Positions 12,801 to 26,399 of a stretch of DNA of 64,000 nt are shown one piece after another. Each line of letters opens with the position of its first letter. Positions within the stretch are counted from its first letter, which is position 1. This DNA is from Botryllus schlosseri (lineage: Eukaryota). The stretch is taken from positions 9,920,001 to 9,984,000 of the forward strand of contig CM119375.1 of assembly GCA_051294905.1 (NCBI GenBank). Direction: 5' to 3'. Position numbers and translations under genes: made by a program. The notes below the pieces were generated by a model. That model worked only from the letters and a program-made list of their open reading frames with translations, did no database searches and was not told the origin of the DNA.

Positions 12801-13645
12801 ACGATTTCGTCATAAGCACATATTGGTACAACCCTTGCATCATCATCACGAAATATGTATACAGTATCTGTTATTTTTAAAATTATTATTCTCCTCTTTT
12901 TAACGAAATGTTTTCGATGGTGCGACTGCACTGGAATCTAGATAATATTTACATCTCCCACAGACCAGAAAGCTAAATTCAAATTATCAAATTCTACACT
13001 TCAAATGCAATTACTGTCAGACCCCTATTGACGCAGGGAACATGTAGTAGAAACCGCTGTATTGTTATATACATGAGCAATTCCACTGTGTTTTTCTGAA
13101 TATAATTCGACTCTGAGACGGTTATTCCATTTTCGAAGCTTCGTACTACTTCAATCTTACATGATTTCATGGGTTAACAGTAAGTGGGTCAGGTACTAAG
13201 TTAATCGAATTGTAAAAATTTCCAACCCTTGCCAAGGATAGAATCAGAACATTCCATGAATGGCGTAAAAGGCGAACCACCTAATATGAAGATGAAAAGA
13301 ATACTTAATAACTCAGAGTGCAACGAGAACTAATTGATCCTCTCTAGAACACGGTATCGTCAACACAACATGTACGTGGAAACCGCATGTCCAAAAGAGA
13401 ATCTTCTCGTCTTCAACGCCAAGGAAGGGTGGGGACCGCTGTGCAAGTTTTTGGGCGTCGACATACCAAGTCAGCCGTTTCCTCGCGAAAACGTAAAAAC
13501 TGAAATCGTAGATAAGGTGGCGTCAGGACAGTATGATTATGATTGTGGGTACCGCAATACGGTTTTGAAGCAGACTGTCCTTCGAATAGTGATAGCGTTG
13601 GCGCTCGTCACTGCGCTTATTTCATATTTTGTGCATTCCTGGTGA
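6834..13645 (+). CDS. Sulfotransferase-family (Sulfotransfer_4-like, P-loop fold) protein, 256 aa, C-terminal membrane anchor; 5 coding exons
   Basis: Exons 6834-6962, 8759-8881, 11902-11981, 12524-12664, 13348-13645; all GT-AG, phases 0,0,2,2 join into one frame. Motifs MKVICAGIPKTGTKT (PAPS-binding loop), DAVTDFP, AFPDAKVILMVR..DEWYKS, HN.YV...CPKENLLVFN.KEGWGPLCKFLGVDIP.QPFP.EN; tail IVIALALVTALISYFV. Confidence 0.93.
7256..7484. mobile_element. CAGTGGCGTA-ended MITE in intron 1
   Basis: Ends CAGTGGCGTA / TACACCACTA; TSD GGTGGTAC / GGTGGTAG (7 of 8). Confidence 0.65.
9768..10090. mobile_element. TAGGGTT-ended MITE in intron 2
   Basis: TAGGGTTAGCATA ... TATTGTAACCCTG; perfect 8-bp TSD TTATATGA; AAAAGAGGAC repeats. 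Confidence 0.85.
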
Positions 13646-16600
13646 GTGTATACTATATAGTGAGTTATCTTGTGCTAAATGATTATTAAATAATTTCATA
13701 TCGTGCCATACTCGCGGTATTGATATCCAACACCGCGCAACTGATATTGTTAAGTTGGAGTTTGAACTTTGGTATATAATTTTTTATGGAAACCTATCCT
13801 ACCATCAGGGCTATTCGTTTCAACGAATAATCAGTGCCGTATAGTTAATACATCTGTTCACAAAATAGTTTGATTTTGCAGTAAATGTATGGCTTTCCGA
13901 TTTCAGCGAATCATCGGCGGGGTTTGTAGGCCGCAAAGGCATATTAAAAGCGATGAGTGAACTTCTACACGTATAATGTTATAACATTACGTCAGAAGGT
14001 AATATTTGTTTTGAAAATGAAGTATCTTCTGAGGTTGTAGCGTGATATATTAAGTTTTCCAAATTCGCACCCGTATATAGTTATACCTTTAAGATTATTT
14101 TATATATGTCACTTAGAATTCAGGACAATGCATCGCAGTGTTTGTGCCTATGTCTTACTTTGTAAAGCCTCGCACCCAGGAGGCACTTACAATCTATATA
14201 GCACCATATCGTACAGACTCTATTTATGACTTAAAAATCAGCTTTTAAAACAGCTGATAGCGATGACACCGATTCTACTTGAGACGAACCACGTATTTTA
14301 TGACCTTGAGCATTCGGCGTAACAGCAGATAGACATTATTGATAACGTGATTCAAAAAGAACTGGAATCCTCAAGTCCCAATGAATATATTATTTATCAA
14401 TTATAAATTTTCCTGTGGCATGGGTATTTCACATGCAATTGTTGACGAATGGACGATTGCGAACTGCGAAGTGGCATAGAGCAGGAGTAAAACGTTTGAC
14501 TGATTTCGAGATATCTTTACCACTAATAGCAAGTTTTGTCGCACATGGCTGTTGACATGTTCGTGCATTGCATAAAAGCTTAAATAGGCATATATAGCAA
14601 TAATTCGAGTGCTATGAGCATAATGTAATACCGTAAGAGTTAACTCAACGTTATAATTATAATGAGACGCGTTGATTTCTTGAATATATTATTATGCAAA
14701 TGAAACTGACTTGCGAGGTACAATGATAACTACTACGGACTCAGTATCAAATCAACCACGGCAACGCAGGATATGTCAGTTGATGTTCAGCGTTTGATGA
14801 AGTTGAGTAGCGAATGAATAGGCTCGTTAACGAAGGCCATTTCTACCAAATCCTGGCCTATACTTGATAGTGACAACATCAATAGTAATCATTTAGAAAA
14901 CTCATTTATATGCGTGACGTTAAACAAACTCCCAATTCCAGATCCAAGTACGCCCATTGAATCAGTAAATAACATTGTACTCATAAGATAAAAGTAAATG
15001 ACATAATGAGTACAAAGTACATAAAGGTAGATGTTTGCTATAAATACATTCAATTAGGGTTATTCAAGATCAACGAATTCAAGTAACCGCTGTAGTAGAT
15101 TTTATTACCCTCGTCGAAGGGGAATCACAGTTGTTAGCATACCTATAGAAATTCGATACGGTGTAAACTACGACGCGGATTACAAACCACAAATAACCTA
15201 AAAGATGTCCTTCGTATACATCTCGTATAGCTTACTTCGGCTCTAAATCAAGCTTATCTTTGACCAAAGCGCATCATACGAATATGACGAGAATGGAAAA
15301 TGATGTCACGTTCGCATAGATTTGGGCACCAGTAAGCATACGGATCGTGGAATGGTGCGCGTTGAGGATAGGGGAAAAATTAACACATCGTAACATGACG
15401 CATGCGCTGTTTAAATCAGTGGTTCTGAACCTGCACTAGTCTGGGTAACCCTTACGCTACAAGCCTGTAGAGAAAAGACGTGGACGTATATGAGGTATGA
15501 AGAAAAGGAAGGACAGGGGATTGACTCAATACAGCTCAACTTTTGCAAATGGTTCAGAGTGTGTTGGACTTTATGACAATTGCGATGAAACCTGACTGTG
15601 CAATGCAGTGTGCATTTGTCGGGTTGTGTTTAAAATGGCAATGGAGTTTTAAACACCGATGTTTTAAAGAATAACCTGGTTTAAAACATACATTTTTCAG
15701 TTTAGTTTATTTTTTATGTATTTAGCCCTGACTATCGGTATATGAAGACGACTTCTAAAATTGCAATAATTTCGATTAGCAGAATACATGGCACATAAGA
15801 GACTTTAGCTTAGAGGTGCCACCAGTATTGAGTCTTTAAACTCGACCATCGAAATAATGTAATGTTCATTGAAGAGTTAATCAATATTAGTGATACGCCT
15901 TGTTAAATATTTGCTATTCAAGTGGATGTCCATCGGAATTCCCAACTGCGTCTAACCACCAACCGAAGCCGCATGATATATGCATCTTTGAAATGCATGC
16001 CAAGACTTTGCGCGTGAACGACAGTTTGTGTATTATAGACGACCGACATTGGTACATTCAGATAAAATAATGTTCAAGATTAAAAATATATATCCAAGCA
16101 TTACTCATTTCATTCAGACGTCGCAAGAAAATTGAAAATCGATAGAATATTCATGTATTTTTCCAAATCTAACCTTGAACAATCGCAAACCCAAATCTGA
16201 CCCAAGCCCACATCCATGATCGCCGAGCATATTGTTAAGGATCCGTCGCTTGCAGACTATGCACTATGTCGGACTCGCAAACTGATGGGGACTAAAGCCG
16301 TATGTCTCAGTGCCTAAACGAGACTCATAGGTCACTCTGCTAGATGCAATAACTTGGCACCCCGCAAAAGCGTAACATATACTTCTTCACACGACTGGAA
16401 AAGAATCAAATAAAAATACTTAGTCTCACATATTTCACATTTCATTAAACAGAGCAAATGTTTCAGCAATTGTAATACATTTGGCACTTTACTTCGGGGT
16501 CTGCAATAGGGACATTATAAATACCTAACGTAAGTACAGCCAGGTTCAAATGGAGACGCGCACTTTGACTTGTCGATTAGCAATGCGGTCGAAGTGCAAA

Positions 16601-16905
16601 GTGCAAGTAATCGATATTTGCAATTCGCAAACACCCGTCAAGGGGACTCGAGGTCAATGAATCTGAGAAGCCTCTGACTCGTCGTAATCAAATGCGCTCG
16701 AATTAGATGCGTGCGGAGCCGGGATCGCATGATTTCCTCTTTTCGCGAATAACATAGAATTGCGATACATTATGTGTACTGTGCAGTCGCGCTCGTAGGG
16801 GGAGGTTGGAAATCGAAACCTCGTCATTTTGAAATGCCGATTTCATATCCAATGTGCATAGTACGGTCATTTGTAATTCAGCAATTTGGATCACGCTGTT
16901 GCGAG

Positions 16906-18898
16906 CAGGGCTGTGGAGTCGGAGTTTGGCTAATTGTCGCTTGATTGAGTCGGAGTCGGAGTCGTGAAAACGATAGTGGCTTGGGTCGGAGTCGGACTTG
17001 GAGTCGTGGAAAAATACTGACTGGAGTCGGAGTCGAAGTTTGTGAAAATGACCCTGACTCTGAATCCGACTCCAACTTCTTTATCATGAAAACAATTGCT
17101 TTCAAAGGATTTTCAATAGGATTTTTTGTACCATCAATCCCTTTTATTAATATCGATACATATCAGGGGTATCCAACCCGTGGGCCGCGAGGTTTTGTGT
17201 CGCCTGCGAGGTAATTCTCGAAATTAGTTATAACATCAGGTAAAATTGCAAGGCCAACCAAATTTGATTAGCCAGACCGCGAAATTTGATGATGACTAAA
17301 ACATCAGTTCCGACGCATTGGCGTAACCAGGGGCCAGTAAATTTATGGCAGATCTTCGAATGTGACCATAAAGTAGAATATGTTGTAGCAGATCTATTTG
17401 ACTTGATATTTTTGTCAGCACTTCGCATTATTTATCGTCACTCCATTTCTTGCATTTAGTATTGGAGCCCCTTACATATAATTACATTTACGCGTAATTT
17501 ACAGAATTGAGTCGAACTATATTCGCAATTAGGAGATAACATGTCGTCTAGCATGCGACTTCGATTGTGCGCTCGCAGCGAGATCGTCGACGACGAAACA
17601 TTTGCACACAATGATAGAGACATGTTCACCGATACCGTCAATATTGCTATGACTAAACGCCGAACAATCCTGTCCTTGCCAAATGAGCCCAGTGGTATAC
17701 AGAGGCGACCCCCAATATATGTGACTAAAATATTTATTGGTAGAATTCATTCAATGCCTTTAAAACAATTTCGCGCTTGGCGCGATCAGGGCATGGCTTC
17801 ACACTGCACCGTTACACACGGAGTTTTCATGACATAATTGTTATCAATTTCAAAGCATAGTAATATAAGTATTGTTTTGAATGGTACCTAATTCAGTACG
17901 CTCCTATCGGGCGACTAAAAAAAGGTCATCAACATTCCAGTTGCATGCCCGCTCAATGGTTCGTAAATCTCATGTGACCCTTTGGTCGAAAAGGTTGGCC
18001 ACCCCTGATATAGATAAAATTGGACATTATTTGCAACTTACAATTCAGTTGCATAGAAGAAGAAAATCGCAATATGCATATTCGCGGTGCAGTCACAAAT
18101 TGATGCAATTTTTGGAATTATACCATGATACTGTGAGAGAGTAAATACATCGTCTGGTTTTGGAAAATTGTAATATTGATGTAAATATAACCAAACGCTG
18201 CTTCCCACTTGACATAATTAAAAATATTTGTGGTGTAACTTAGTTGCTTGGGTCGAACAAATGATTAAGAAAGACTGCAAGTCCTAGTCCTTGAATACTT
18301 GACTAGTGCATGTAGACTAGACATATGCTATTTGGCCACTTCCTAAATTTCGTTATAATGACCAATGTAAATTAGTAGTGAGAGTGTGCGCGCTTGTAAT
18401 CAGTATAGTGTGTAATGAGAATATTAGTAAGTTACATCTCTGTATTAGTTGCTGACTCATACACAAGATCTACACTTCGATTGTTTTATCTACATTTTTA
18501 TTATACAGGATTGGATATATGTCATGTTTGAATGATTCATATATATTAGAATGTTAGAGAGTCCATGATATAGAAACTTATAAAATATGAAAAAAGAAGA
18601 ATATTTAGAAAGGCATTCTTTCATGTTAATTGCATAGTGAATAATTCGAGCTGTGCCACAATGACACAATTTTGCATGCCATCGTTAATCATATGTTTGC
18701 ATATGTTCAATGGATATATGATAGTCATTTAATCGTCACTGTCGCATATAATTATCGAAGTAAATTGGTAATACTGTTGCAGTCGGAGTCGGAGTCGGAG
18801 TCGGTACGTTTGAAGACTCAGGAGTCGGAGTCGGTATATTGAAAATGTGTAGAGTCGGAGTTGAAGTCGATGTTAAAACTTACCGACTCCACAGCTCT
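16906..18898. mobile_element. CAGGGCTGTGGAGTCGG-ended non-autonomous element with (GAGTCG)n subterminal arrays
   Basis: Ends CAGGGCTGTGGAGTCGG / CCGACTCCACAGCTCT; TTGCGAG on both flanks; GAGTCG arrays at 16915-17040 and 18781-18870. Confidence 0.75.
17164..18007. mobile_element. CAGGGG-ended hAT derivative nested in the 16906 element
   Basis: CAGGGGTATCCAACC ... GGTTGGCCACCCCTG; degenerate TSD ATACATAT / ATATAGAT; minus-strand ...HNRSRMLDDML resembles a decayed hAT C-terminus. Confidence 0.6.
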
Positions 18899-20387
18899 TT
18901 GCGAGGCACTTTCGAGGCCGAAACCTCGCATTTCTAAACTGGTTTCTGAAAGGGAACAGCAGATTGTGAAGAAGTCACAATCATCTGCCGTAATTTAATA
19001 TTTTTTGTGGATTCCCTGTGTGGCACTGTCTTTCCCTTATCTTGGGTATGACGTTCTGACCGCGATATCTCTGACGGGACGGATTGGAGTCATAGGACCG
19101 AAACAGCACTTAATCAATAATATCGGTAATTGCATATATTACTTTTTATTTTTGATCCAGCCAACGTGATCAGATTAACAGGTAGAACGGATGGAGATGG
19201 TATATTCGAAGATTTGAGGCATGCAATTAACAATGGATAATTGTAAAATGGACATAGGTATATATCAAAGGTTTCGGCCAACGCGCGGCGTCATTTTCGG
19301 CCACGGTTTTCCTGCCGCCGATCCCTTCGGCACCAACTGCATGGAGTCGCATGCTGGCCGAAACTTTATATGTCTGTGATTTTCAAGTTGACAAGATCTC
19401 TAGAAAAATATTCTATATGATTCATGTTGATTAAAGAAATATTATCGGATCCCGCAATTGGAGGTTTTGGGTGCGGTAGTTACGGCCTTGTTGACAGACC
19501 TATCCCCGAGATATAATGAGCCGCATTTATCTCTTCTTAGTGATGAGGTAAATCTGATCAAGGTTAAAATTCACTGTCCGGATTCAGACGAGTCAATGAG
19601 TCTATTACACTATAACTGGGAAATATCTGATCAGGTTGGGTGAGTACGAAGATATGTAGGCCTACAACAGTCACGCTAGATATAATTTAATGCAGATGTC
19701 GATATCTGGAAAAATGCCACATTTGTATCCGTCACCAACTTTGATAATGGCAGAATGATATCATTTTTTGTTGATGGGCCAACATGTGCCAGCTAGTAGC
19801 TATATTTGTTTTAGGAGTTAACAATGACAAGAACGAAATACTCTACATGTAGGTAGTCAGCGAATGTTAATTAACGAATCAATTATTGGCGTCAGCGAAA
19901 TTGATGTAGAGAATTCATCGCTGTCTAATATAAAAATCTTGCAAGGAATGCGAGATTTAGCGTAATTTGATACGTTTATTGTATCATAACAACCAAATCC
20001 GCCCGATTGCGATCAATAAATGTTGCTGGATAATAAGGCTTTTCATTGATATTATTTGATTGGTTCGAAAACTCATTGATGTATAACAATAAACATCTGT
20101 ATAGAGCGTTGGTGGCGATTTCCGAATGTATGAGCCTAGTACGCCCTGACCTCATATTTATGGATCTGTCTTTAGTGCACATATAGAGCCATTAATTTAC
20201 AGATTTCCCCGAACGGTTTTCTATGGCCATATCGCCCATTCTATCTCGAACCACCCTTGTCTCTCAGCGAACCGGAATCGCCCAATTTGTAGCTCGTGTA
20301 CCCTTGGAGGTTTCTAACGCCCACAAAGGGGCGCTGGCGAGCACTTTAGGAATCAGCACTGTAACATTCTGTGACCAGCACATAGCG

Positions 20388-22353
20388 CAGGGGTCGGCAA
20401 CCTTTTGGTATTCACGGGCCAAATTTCGAGTGTACAACTTTTTCACGGGCCGGAATTTTTCATAATACTATATTTTATGCTCACTTCGGTATATTATCCT
20501 ACATTGCTGCAATCTCAATCATACCATTAACCAAACGCATTTATTTACACTTCAACAACGCAGAATAAATGTGACAATTGACGCAGCTTGCTTTGTGAAA
20601 GTTTTCCAACTTCTGGTAACAAGTCAGATGAAGCAAGAATCTGACCATATTTTAATTGGGCGACCGAAATAGTGATCTTAGATTGCTCTTCGTGAATTTC
20701 ATTGTTGAAAACTACTGTCTACATGCGTACGTGCTACCAAATATCGATGCAATTTCTTTTGCATTGTTGGTCAAGCTGGGATAAAGACCAATTTCAAGAA
20801 GGTACTCTTTGTAAAGTCATGCAGCGATATGCTCTTTGTATGAAATTTGTCATTCAATTCAACTGCATCGCATTTCAAAACGGCCCATTTGAAATTTTCA
20901 GGAAATGGTATTGGCGTCCACATTAAACGGAGTACTGAATAGTCGGAATTTAATTTGTAGAGGAGGAACTTAAGAAAAGTGGGTGAATATTCAGTAATTA
21001 AATTTCGTATCACAGTTACAAATGTAGGTTTTCTCTCCTCCAGTATAAGAACGTGAGCATAATTTCTTTGTATTGTTGACGTTCGCAGGGTCGCAGATTT
21101 GTTTCGAATGCGCCTCGACATCTCATGTATTCAGCTGTTTTCCCCCGAAGTTGCAAATTCAATTTGTTCAGATGTGACGTTAAATGTACAAAGAAAGCAA
21201 GATTAGATAACCATTTTCGATTTCAAGATTATGAGTCGGCGATATTTATATTTTCGACGAGAGTTGCTATTTCATTTCTCGGTTCGTACACTCGTGCAAG
21301 CATAGCTGCTCCGACTTAATGCGCCAACATAGCAGATATACAGGACATCGCCATATTAATTCTCTGCTTCTAATATTATCTGGCGTAAATGTTGGTGATT
21401 CAGTTTGTGATTCATATAAACAGTTTTCATCATTGTGGCCAAAACACTATTCAGGTTTGTTGTCTTGGCGCACAATGCCTTCTGGTGAATTCAACTATAA
21501 ATAACTAACCTACGGAGGCTAGTTATCTATAATTAAACAGTATATGTTTTGAGATTTTGTCATTGCGTCTGAGATGTTCCAAGCGATTTTGGCTGGGGGC
21601 ATAGCGTATAGTGGTGACGATAAGCGCCTACCAATCTGGCGGCCCGGCTCGATTCCCGTCGGAGGTTTATCTGGGCTCCTCTTCCCCCACCCTCGTCGTT
21701 CTTATGACGACAAAAAAGCCCAGAAAAAGACCCGAGAGAAGAAAGAAAGCACTCACTGGGTATGGAAAGAACTAGTAGAAAGGGCCGCGGCTTCAACAAG
21801 ATCAACATCGAAAAGAACTGCGACATCGGGCACTCTAGGCCGAGGTGGATGTTAGAATTATAGGATCGCAACTGCGTGTCGTTCGACATCCTCCTATCTG
21901 TTCATGACATCGCATTGTGTCTTATCGCATTGCACATTGTGTATGACTTGTTCAGATGAAAAATATAACTCAACGAATGATTGATTGATTGATTCCAGCA
22001 AGCAGAGGAAGGACACCTTTATTGTCACACCCCATCAGAGTGGTAAACCCTTTAAAAAGTATGGTACACCTTCGGTTGCGAGATACACCCGATTGATAAG
22101 TAGCCTACTGATGTAGTCTACTCTACAGACAATCTCCATCTTCTATACTTCAACCACCTTCGTTTTATGGCGTAACAATAGAATAATACCGTGTAGGCTA
22201 CTTATATCGTAGCAATGCCGCATTCTTTCCAAGCAGTGCTGCACAGCAGATTGAAACTCATTATGAAACGGCGGGCCATATTCTTGTGATAACTAATTAT
22301 GATGTCGCGGGCAGGACGATTTCGCTTGGCGGGCCGTAGGTTGCCGACCCTTG
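20388..22353 (-). mobile_element. Decayed Buster/Charlie-type hAT with fragmented transposase
   Basis: TIRs CAGGGGTCGGCAACC / GGTTGCCGACCCTTG; TSD ACATAGCG / ACATAGCC. Minus-strand fragments at about 20620-21510: HQ.ALCAKTTNLNSVL, YGDVLY, LKCDAVELNDKF, IASIFGSTYAC..FSTMKFTKS; stops and frameshifts throughout. Confidence 0.85.
21595..21862 (+). mobile_element. tRNA-derived SINE inserted in the decayed hAT
   Basis: GGGGGCATAGCGTATAGTGG (A-box-like, 21602-21614) and GGCTCGATTCC (B-box-like, 21646-21656) at tRNA-like spacing, followed by a non-tRNA body of about 200 bp; no cloverleaf 3' acceptor stem. Confidence 0.6.
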
Positions 22354-22787
22354 ACATAGCCTATTTTGGTTTTAAGTGAAGAGTGTTCCTGAAAAAGTGA
22401 TCGTAGAAATCCGCGGCACCATGTTTAATTCTCGATCGTATATCTCGCGAAACCACGAGAAATCAAAATAACGCCCCACATAAATGAATGCATAGCACAT
22501 GGCCTGAACTGGGATCACACTGATATTAAATCATTGCGAAAGACCAAGAGGATTATCATTTATTGCCTAAACATGGACGAATCAACAATGTATATAAAGT
22601 AAAGGAACATGAAATACGGTACATATTTTTCAACGGAATACACACAATGTAGGGAGCACACAATGTTCGGGATTTATCCTGATAACATGGTATATGATCA
22701 AGTCATCCCAATGGAGTTAAGAAGGAATATGTGAGTGAAGAAATCTTTGTTGAAGAAGTTATATACATTTCCATTGGTCCTGCGTAA

Positions 22788-23135
22788 TCAGCAACAGCCG
22801 AAACAACAGCAGTCCACAGTTTCGACAGCTGTCGACCCGCACGGTACGCAGCAGCACGCAGTCTTACAGCCACAGCAGAAGATTGACTTGAGACACTGCG
22901 AGAAAATCGCATTCGGTAAGATTGTGAGATGAACGCTACATCGAAAGTTTGTTTAAAACATGTTTTGTTTGCGAATGCAATCAATCTTGCCTGGGACTAT
23001 ATGGCATGTAGCCTAAGAGTCGTGCCGTAGGTGTGAATTCCGATATTTCACAATTATCTCTTTTCATCCGCTAGTAGCCTAAATATTACGGAATAATTTT
23101 ACCTTCAAGATTGACTCGCAGATTCCGCAGCACAT
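22788..23135 (-). CDS. Cys-rich micro-protein 1 (46 aa, 16 Cys): MCCGICESILKCLKSIFCCGCKTACCCVPCGSTAVETVDCCCFGCC
   Basis: Exons 23135-23103 (AAG|GTAAAA) and 22895-22788 (TTTTCTCGCAG|TGT ... TGA), phase 0, 207-nt intron. Same exon lengths as paralogue 2, with several third-position differences; AATAAA at 22564-22559. Confidence 0.85.
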
Positions 23136-24903
23136 TTTTTCTTTTTTTATATTGATATTCGTCTGGATCAGACTTGACTAAATATAGTCTAAAACAGGAT
23201 TTAATTGATAACCGAGCTGAAGATGAAAAATATGATGTTTAATCGACTGCTTATATTCGAATCCTATGGATGAAGATTTCGTATTCGTCCACTTCAGGGT
23301 TGTAATCAAGTCACTAGGTTCAGAGTCATCTGCAAATATTAACATTGCTAATTGTAGAAATAGCAACGCTAACCGGCCGCGGTTTGCCATCAAGGGATCC
23401 ATATCGTTTGCATGCTGACTGCATGTCTTCCGAAATCATGCTGCCACTGCGATTAGTTTGTGAGGCCGGGCTTACCATTTTCAGGCATGGTTTCCGAGAA
23501 AACGAATGTTGTTGTTATACATTACAAATTAGTAAGTTGATATTTACAAACCACATGACGTTGGACTAAAGTCGTTCTCAAGTGCCTCCGGAATGCGTTA
23601 ATATTCCAGAAACCTGAATTGTCATCCAAAAACGTGTGTAATAAAGTATGAATATATGAGACAGGCCTATCCGAATATAGGGCTATCGAAATATACGACT
23701 TGAAGGGGCAATGCACTCTAAACACGATGTGGTCTGAAATTACAGATAAAACACGGAGAAAAATCTTGGCCGCAGCCACATTCTTCATAAACACGCAGTG
23801 AAGGAACAGCAGCTGAACGAAAATTCCAACTATCCCCATTCCATGCCAGTTTAGTAAGACATTATATGGTGGTGCGGATGCGAGTCCTCGGTGCTAAACC
23901 CGTTGAAAAATTGCTGGCATGTGCATGATATATCATCATTTGCATTTTCTCAACCAAGTTTCTCGACGCGACCTCCATCATCTAGTGAATCTAGTCACAT
24001 AATTTCTTTAGGTAGTACGTGGTAAGCATATGATGCGTAGTCTACGCATCTGCATTAATTCCCCATCAGATCTGAAGGCACAGCACACAGTACCAGTGGC
24101 GTGCATCCGAACCTCGACCAGTATGGTAATTACTGATTATACAGATGCATTTGTATGATGTATATATTGCAAGTTGTAATGAGTGTCTGTGCTGCTGTAT
24201 CATTATCAAAGTGAGTGAATCATACAATTTGTATGATCTACATCCATTGCCATCAGATCAGCGGGCACAGCACAGTACCGCTAGAGTACAACGAAACCTC
24301 AACCACTATGGCGATTGTACATTTGTATCAGTTTTGGGATCAAGTCGCTACATTCGAGTCACAAGTCATCTCAAGTCATTGCGCTTTTTTTCTCGAGTCA
24401 AGTCAAGTCACAATATAGGTAAAATTTGAATTTTCGAAGTATATTATAGATGATTCAAAGTCATTACATTTTGCTAGCTGTTTAAAGCACAGATTGATTC
24501 GTCATTCATTCTGATTCAAATTATGAATCGTTATAACGAAAAAAAGTTTGCTATACCTTCAAAAAGGCGTTGTATCGCTCACGCATACATAGAACTGCTG
24601 AGGAAATACGTAAGTAACAGTGTAGCTCAAAAGTCTGTAATTATTACCTAAAATGGAGGATCGAATACGAAACTAAAGAAGTAGGAACAAATTGATGATG
24701 CAATACAGCGAATACACCATCCCTCTAAACATCCACGAAATATAATTTAAGCCTGTTCCTGTTGATGAGTATAAGATAAAATCATAAACTATATTCGGTC
24801 GATTTAAATCATAAAAGATGGTTGGTAAAGCTGACCCCTGCGCAACTTCTGCACATGGCAGTCTCAGCATCAGAGATACATTGCTATTAGAATATATACT
24901 ACT

Positions 24904-25214
24904 CGGGACCGAAACAGCACTTCGTCAGGTCCGTCCCAAAACGTCGGTCTTGGGTCCCCATTAAGAAGGGGACTTTTACCAAAACATCAAAGTTAGTAGA
25001 CCGAAATTGAAAACAGCAGATTTTGATATATTTACTCGAAATTTTCGTTTGTTGACTAAAAAAAGGTCATGACTTTGATTTGACTCCCGCATTACCCACT
25101 TTTTACGTAAACTTTATAGTGCTGACTAAAAAAAGGTCATCACTAATACTTTTGGGCCCCCTTCGAGCTCGCTTCCCCAATTTGGGGGTTTGGAATGCGG
25201 CAGTTACGGCCCTG
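24904..25214 (+). mobile_element. Short family B derivative
   Basis: CGGGACCGAAAC ... GTTACGGCCCTG; perfect TSD ATACTACT. Confidence 0.85.
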
Positions 25215-25329
25215 ATACTACTCACTACAATGTTAACTGTAAGCTATGATCATTTCGTTGGCAGTCAACAATGGACGCTATCGTGAACAATCCGAACATA
25301 CACAAGATACAGCGATTCATAGTCGACAC

Positions 25330-25832
25330 CGATTACTTCATGACTTGAGATTGACTCGTAAATTTTGCTCTGAGTCACGAGTCAATCCACATTTCTGAAA
25401 GTCTCAAGTCAAGTCATTTTTGCAAGGTGACTCGAATCTAGTCAAGTCATACGAAAAAGTTGACTCGACTTTGCGCAACCACAGAATTTTTGCAGTCAAC
25501 TGGCGTGGAATGAAGATAGTGAGAATTTTCGTTTAGCTGCAGTTCCTTTACGGCGAATTTCTGAAGAAAATGGCTGTGGATAAAACATTCTTCCCTTCTT
25601 TGAGACCACATCATAATTATAGTGCGGTGCCCTTTTGAATGAAGTCGTATACAGAATGTCTCGAGTCACACGAATTGTTCCAGTTATGAGCAATGACTCA
25701 AGTACGTGCCGAGTCAATTCAGAAAAGCACTGGAGGCGGTGAGTCAGTTCCCATATTCGAGAATTTGACTCGTTTCAAGTGGATGCACGAAACAATTGTG
25801 ACTCATATCTGACTCGGGTCATTACAACCCAG
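25330..25832. repeat. GACTC/GAGTC-rich TE-derived repeat (same family as 55475-56015); a second patch lies at 24330-24420
   Basis: Many GACTCGA / GAGTCAA motifs; end GACTCGGGTCATTACAACCCAG is the reverse complement of the start of the 55475 element. Confidence 0.65.
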
Positions 25833-26399
25833 TTCTAGCTTGTTCAATTTGCTCATAGCGACCTGACCATCCTTCATTCCCGGACTCCATTCTCAAACCC
25901 TCTATCGAAGCTTAATATTTCAACCATTTCATCGTCATCGAACTCTTGGTCTGCTCTCGAGGGGCAGAGGATGCCGTTATATATATATTCTTAATCGAAA
26001 ACGAAATAAAGTTAGCCCGATAGTGTAATTAGGACAAATCTATTCGGGACAACACATTCCAATGAACAATTGTCGAAAGAGGGCCCCCGTGCACAGTAAC
26101 GTTCCTGAGCGTCGAGTTTCGCTTTCAGTGCATACACAATCTACATTGCTATATTGTACTACGCTGAGTCTGGTTAAGTTTCACATGGTAAAGGTCGTAC
26201 GCGCGAGAGATTTTCTTTCAAAAAGAACCGAAAGAGAAAATGAATTTGTTCTCTTTCGGCACAACCCCGCATTTACCCTCTAGATCTAGTAGGCAGTGTA
26301 CGATGGTCGGGTTTCATGTCTATATTTGAGCGGTTGGGAGTAAGTTTGATGCCTGCCCTACTAGTATTCTGCGTGCGGTTGTTCATTTGAGCTCCTCAG

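Noticed and set aside
16878-17214. Ser/Arg-rich and Thr/Pro-rich ORFs
   Set aside because: Translations of the (GAGTCG)n subterminal array of a MITE.
24557-24586. MRERYNAFLK|GTATAG as an alternative first exon for gene 1
   Set aside because: Only the FLK|GT end resembles gene 2. It has no cysteines, an out-of-frame ATG lies just upstream, and it probably sits within a TE.
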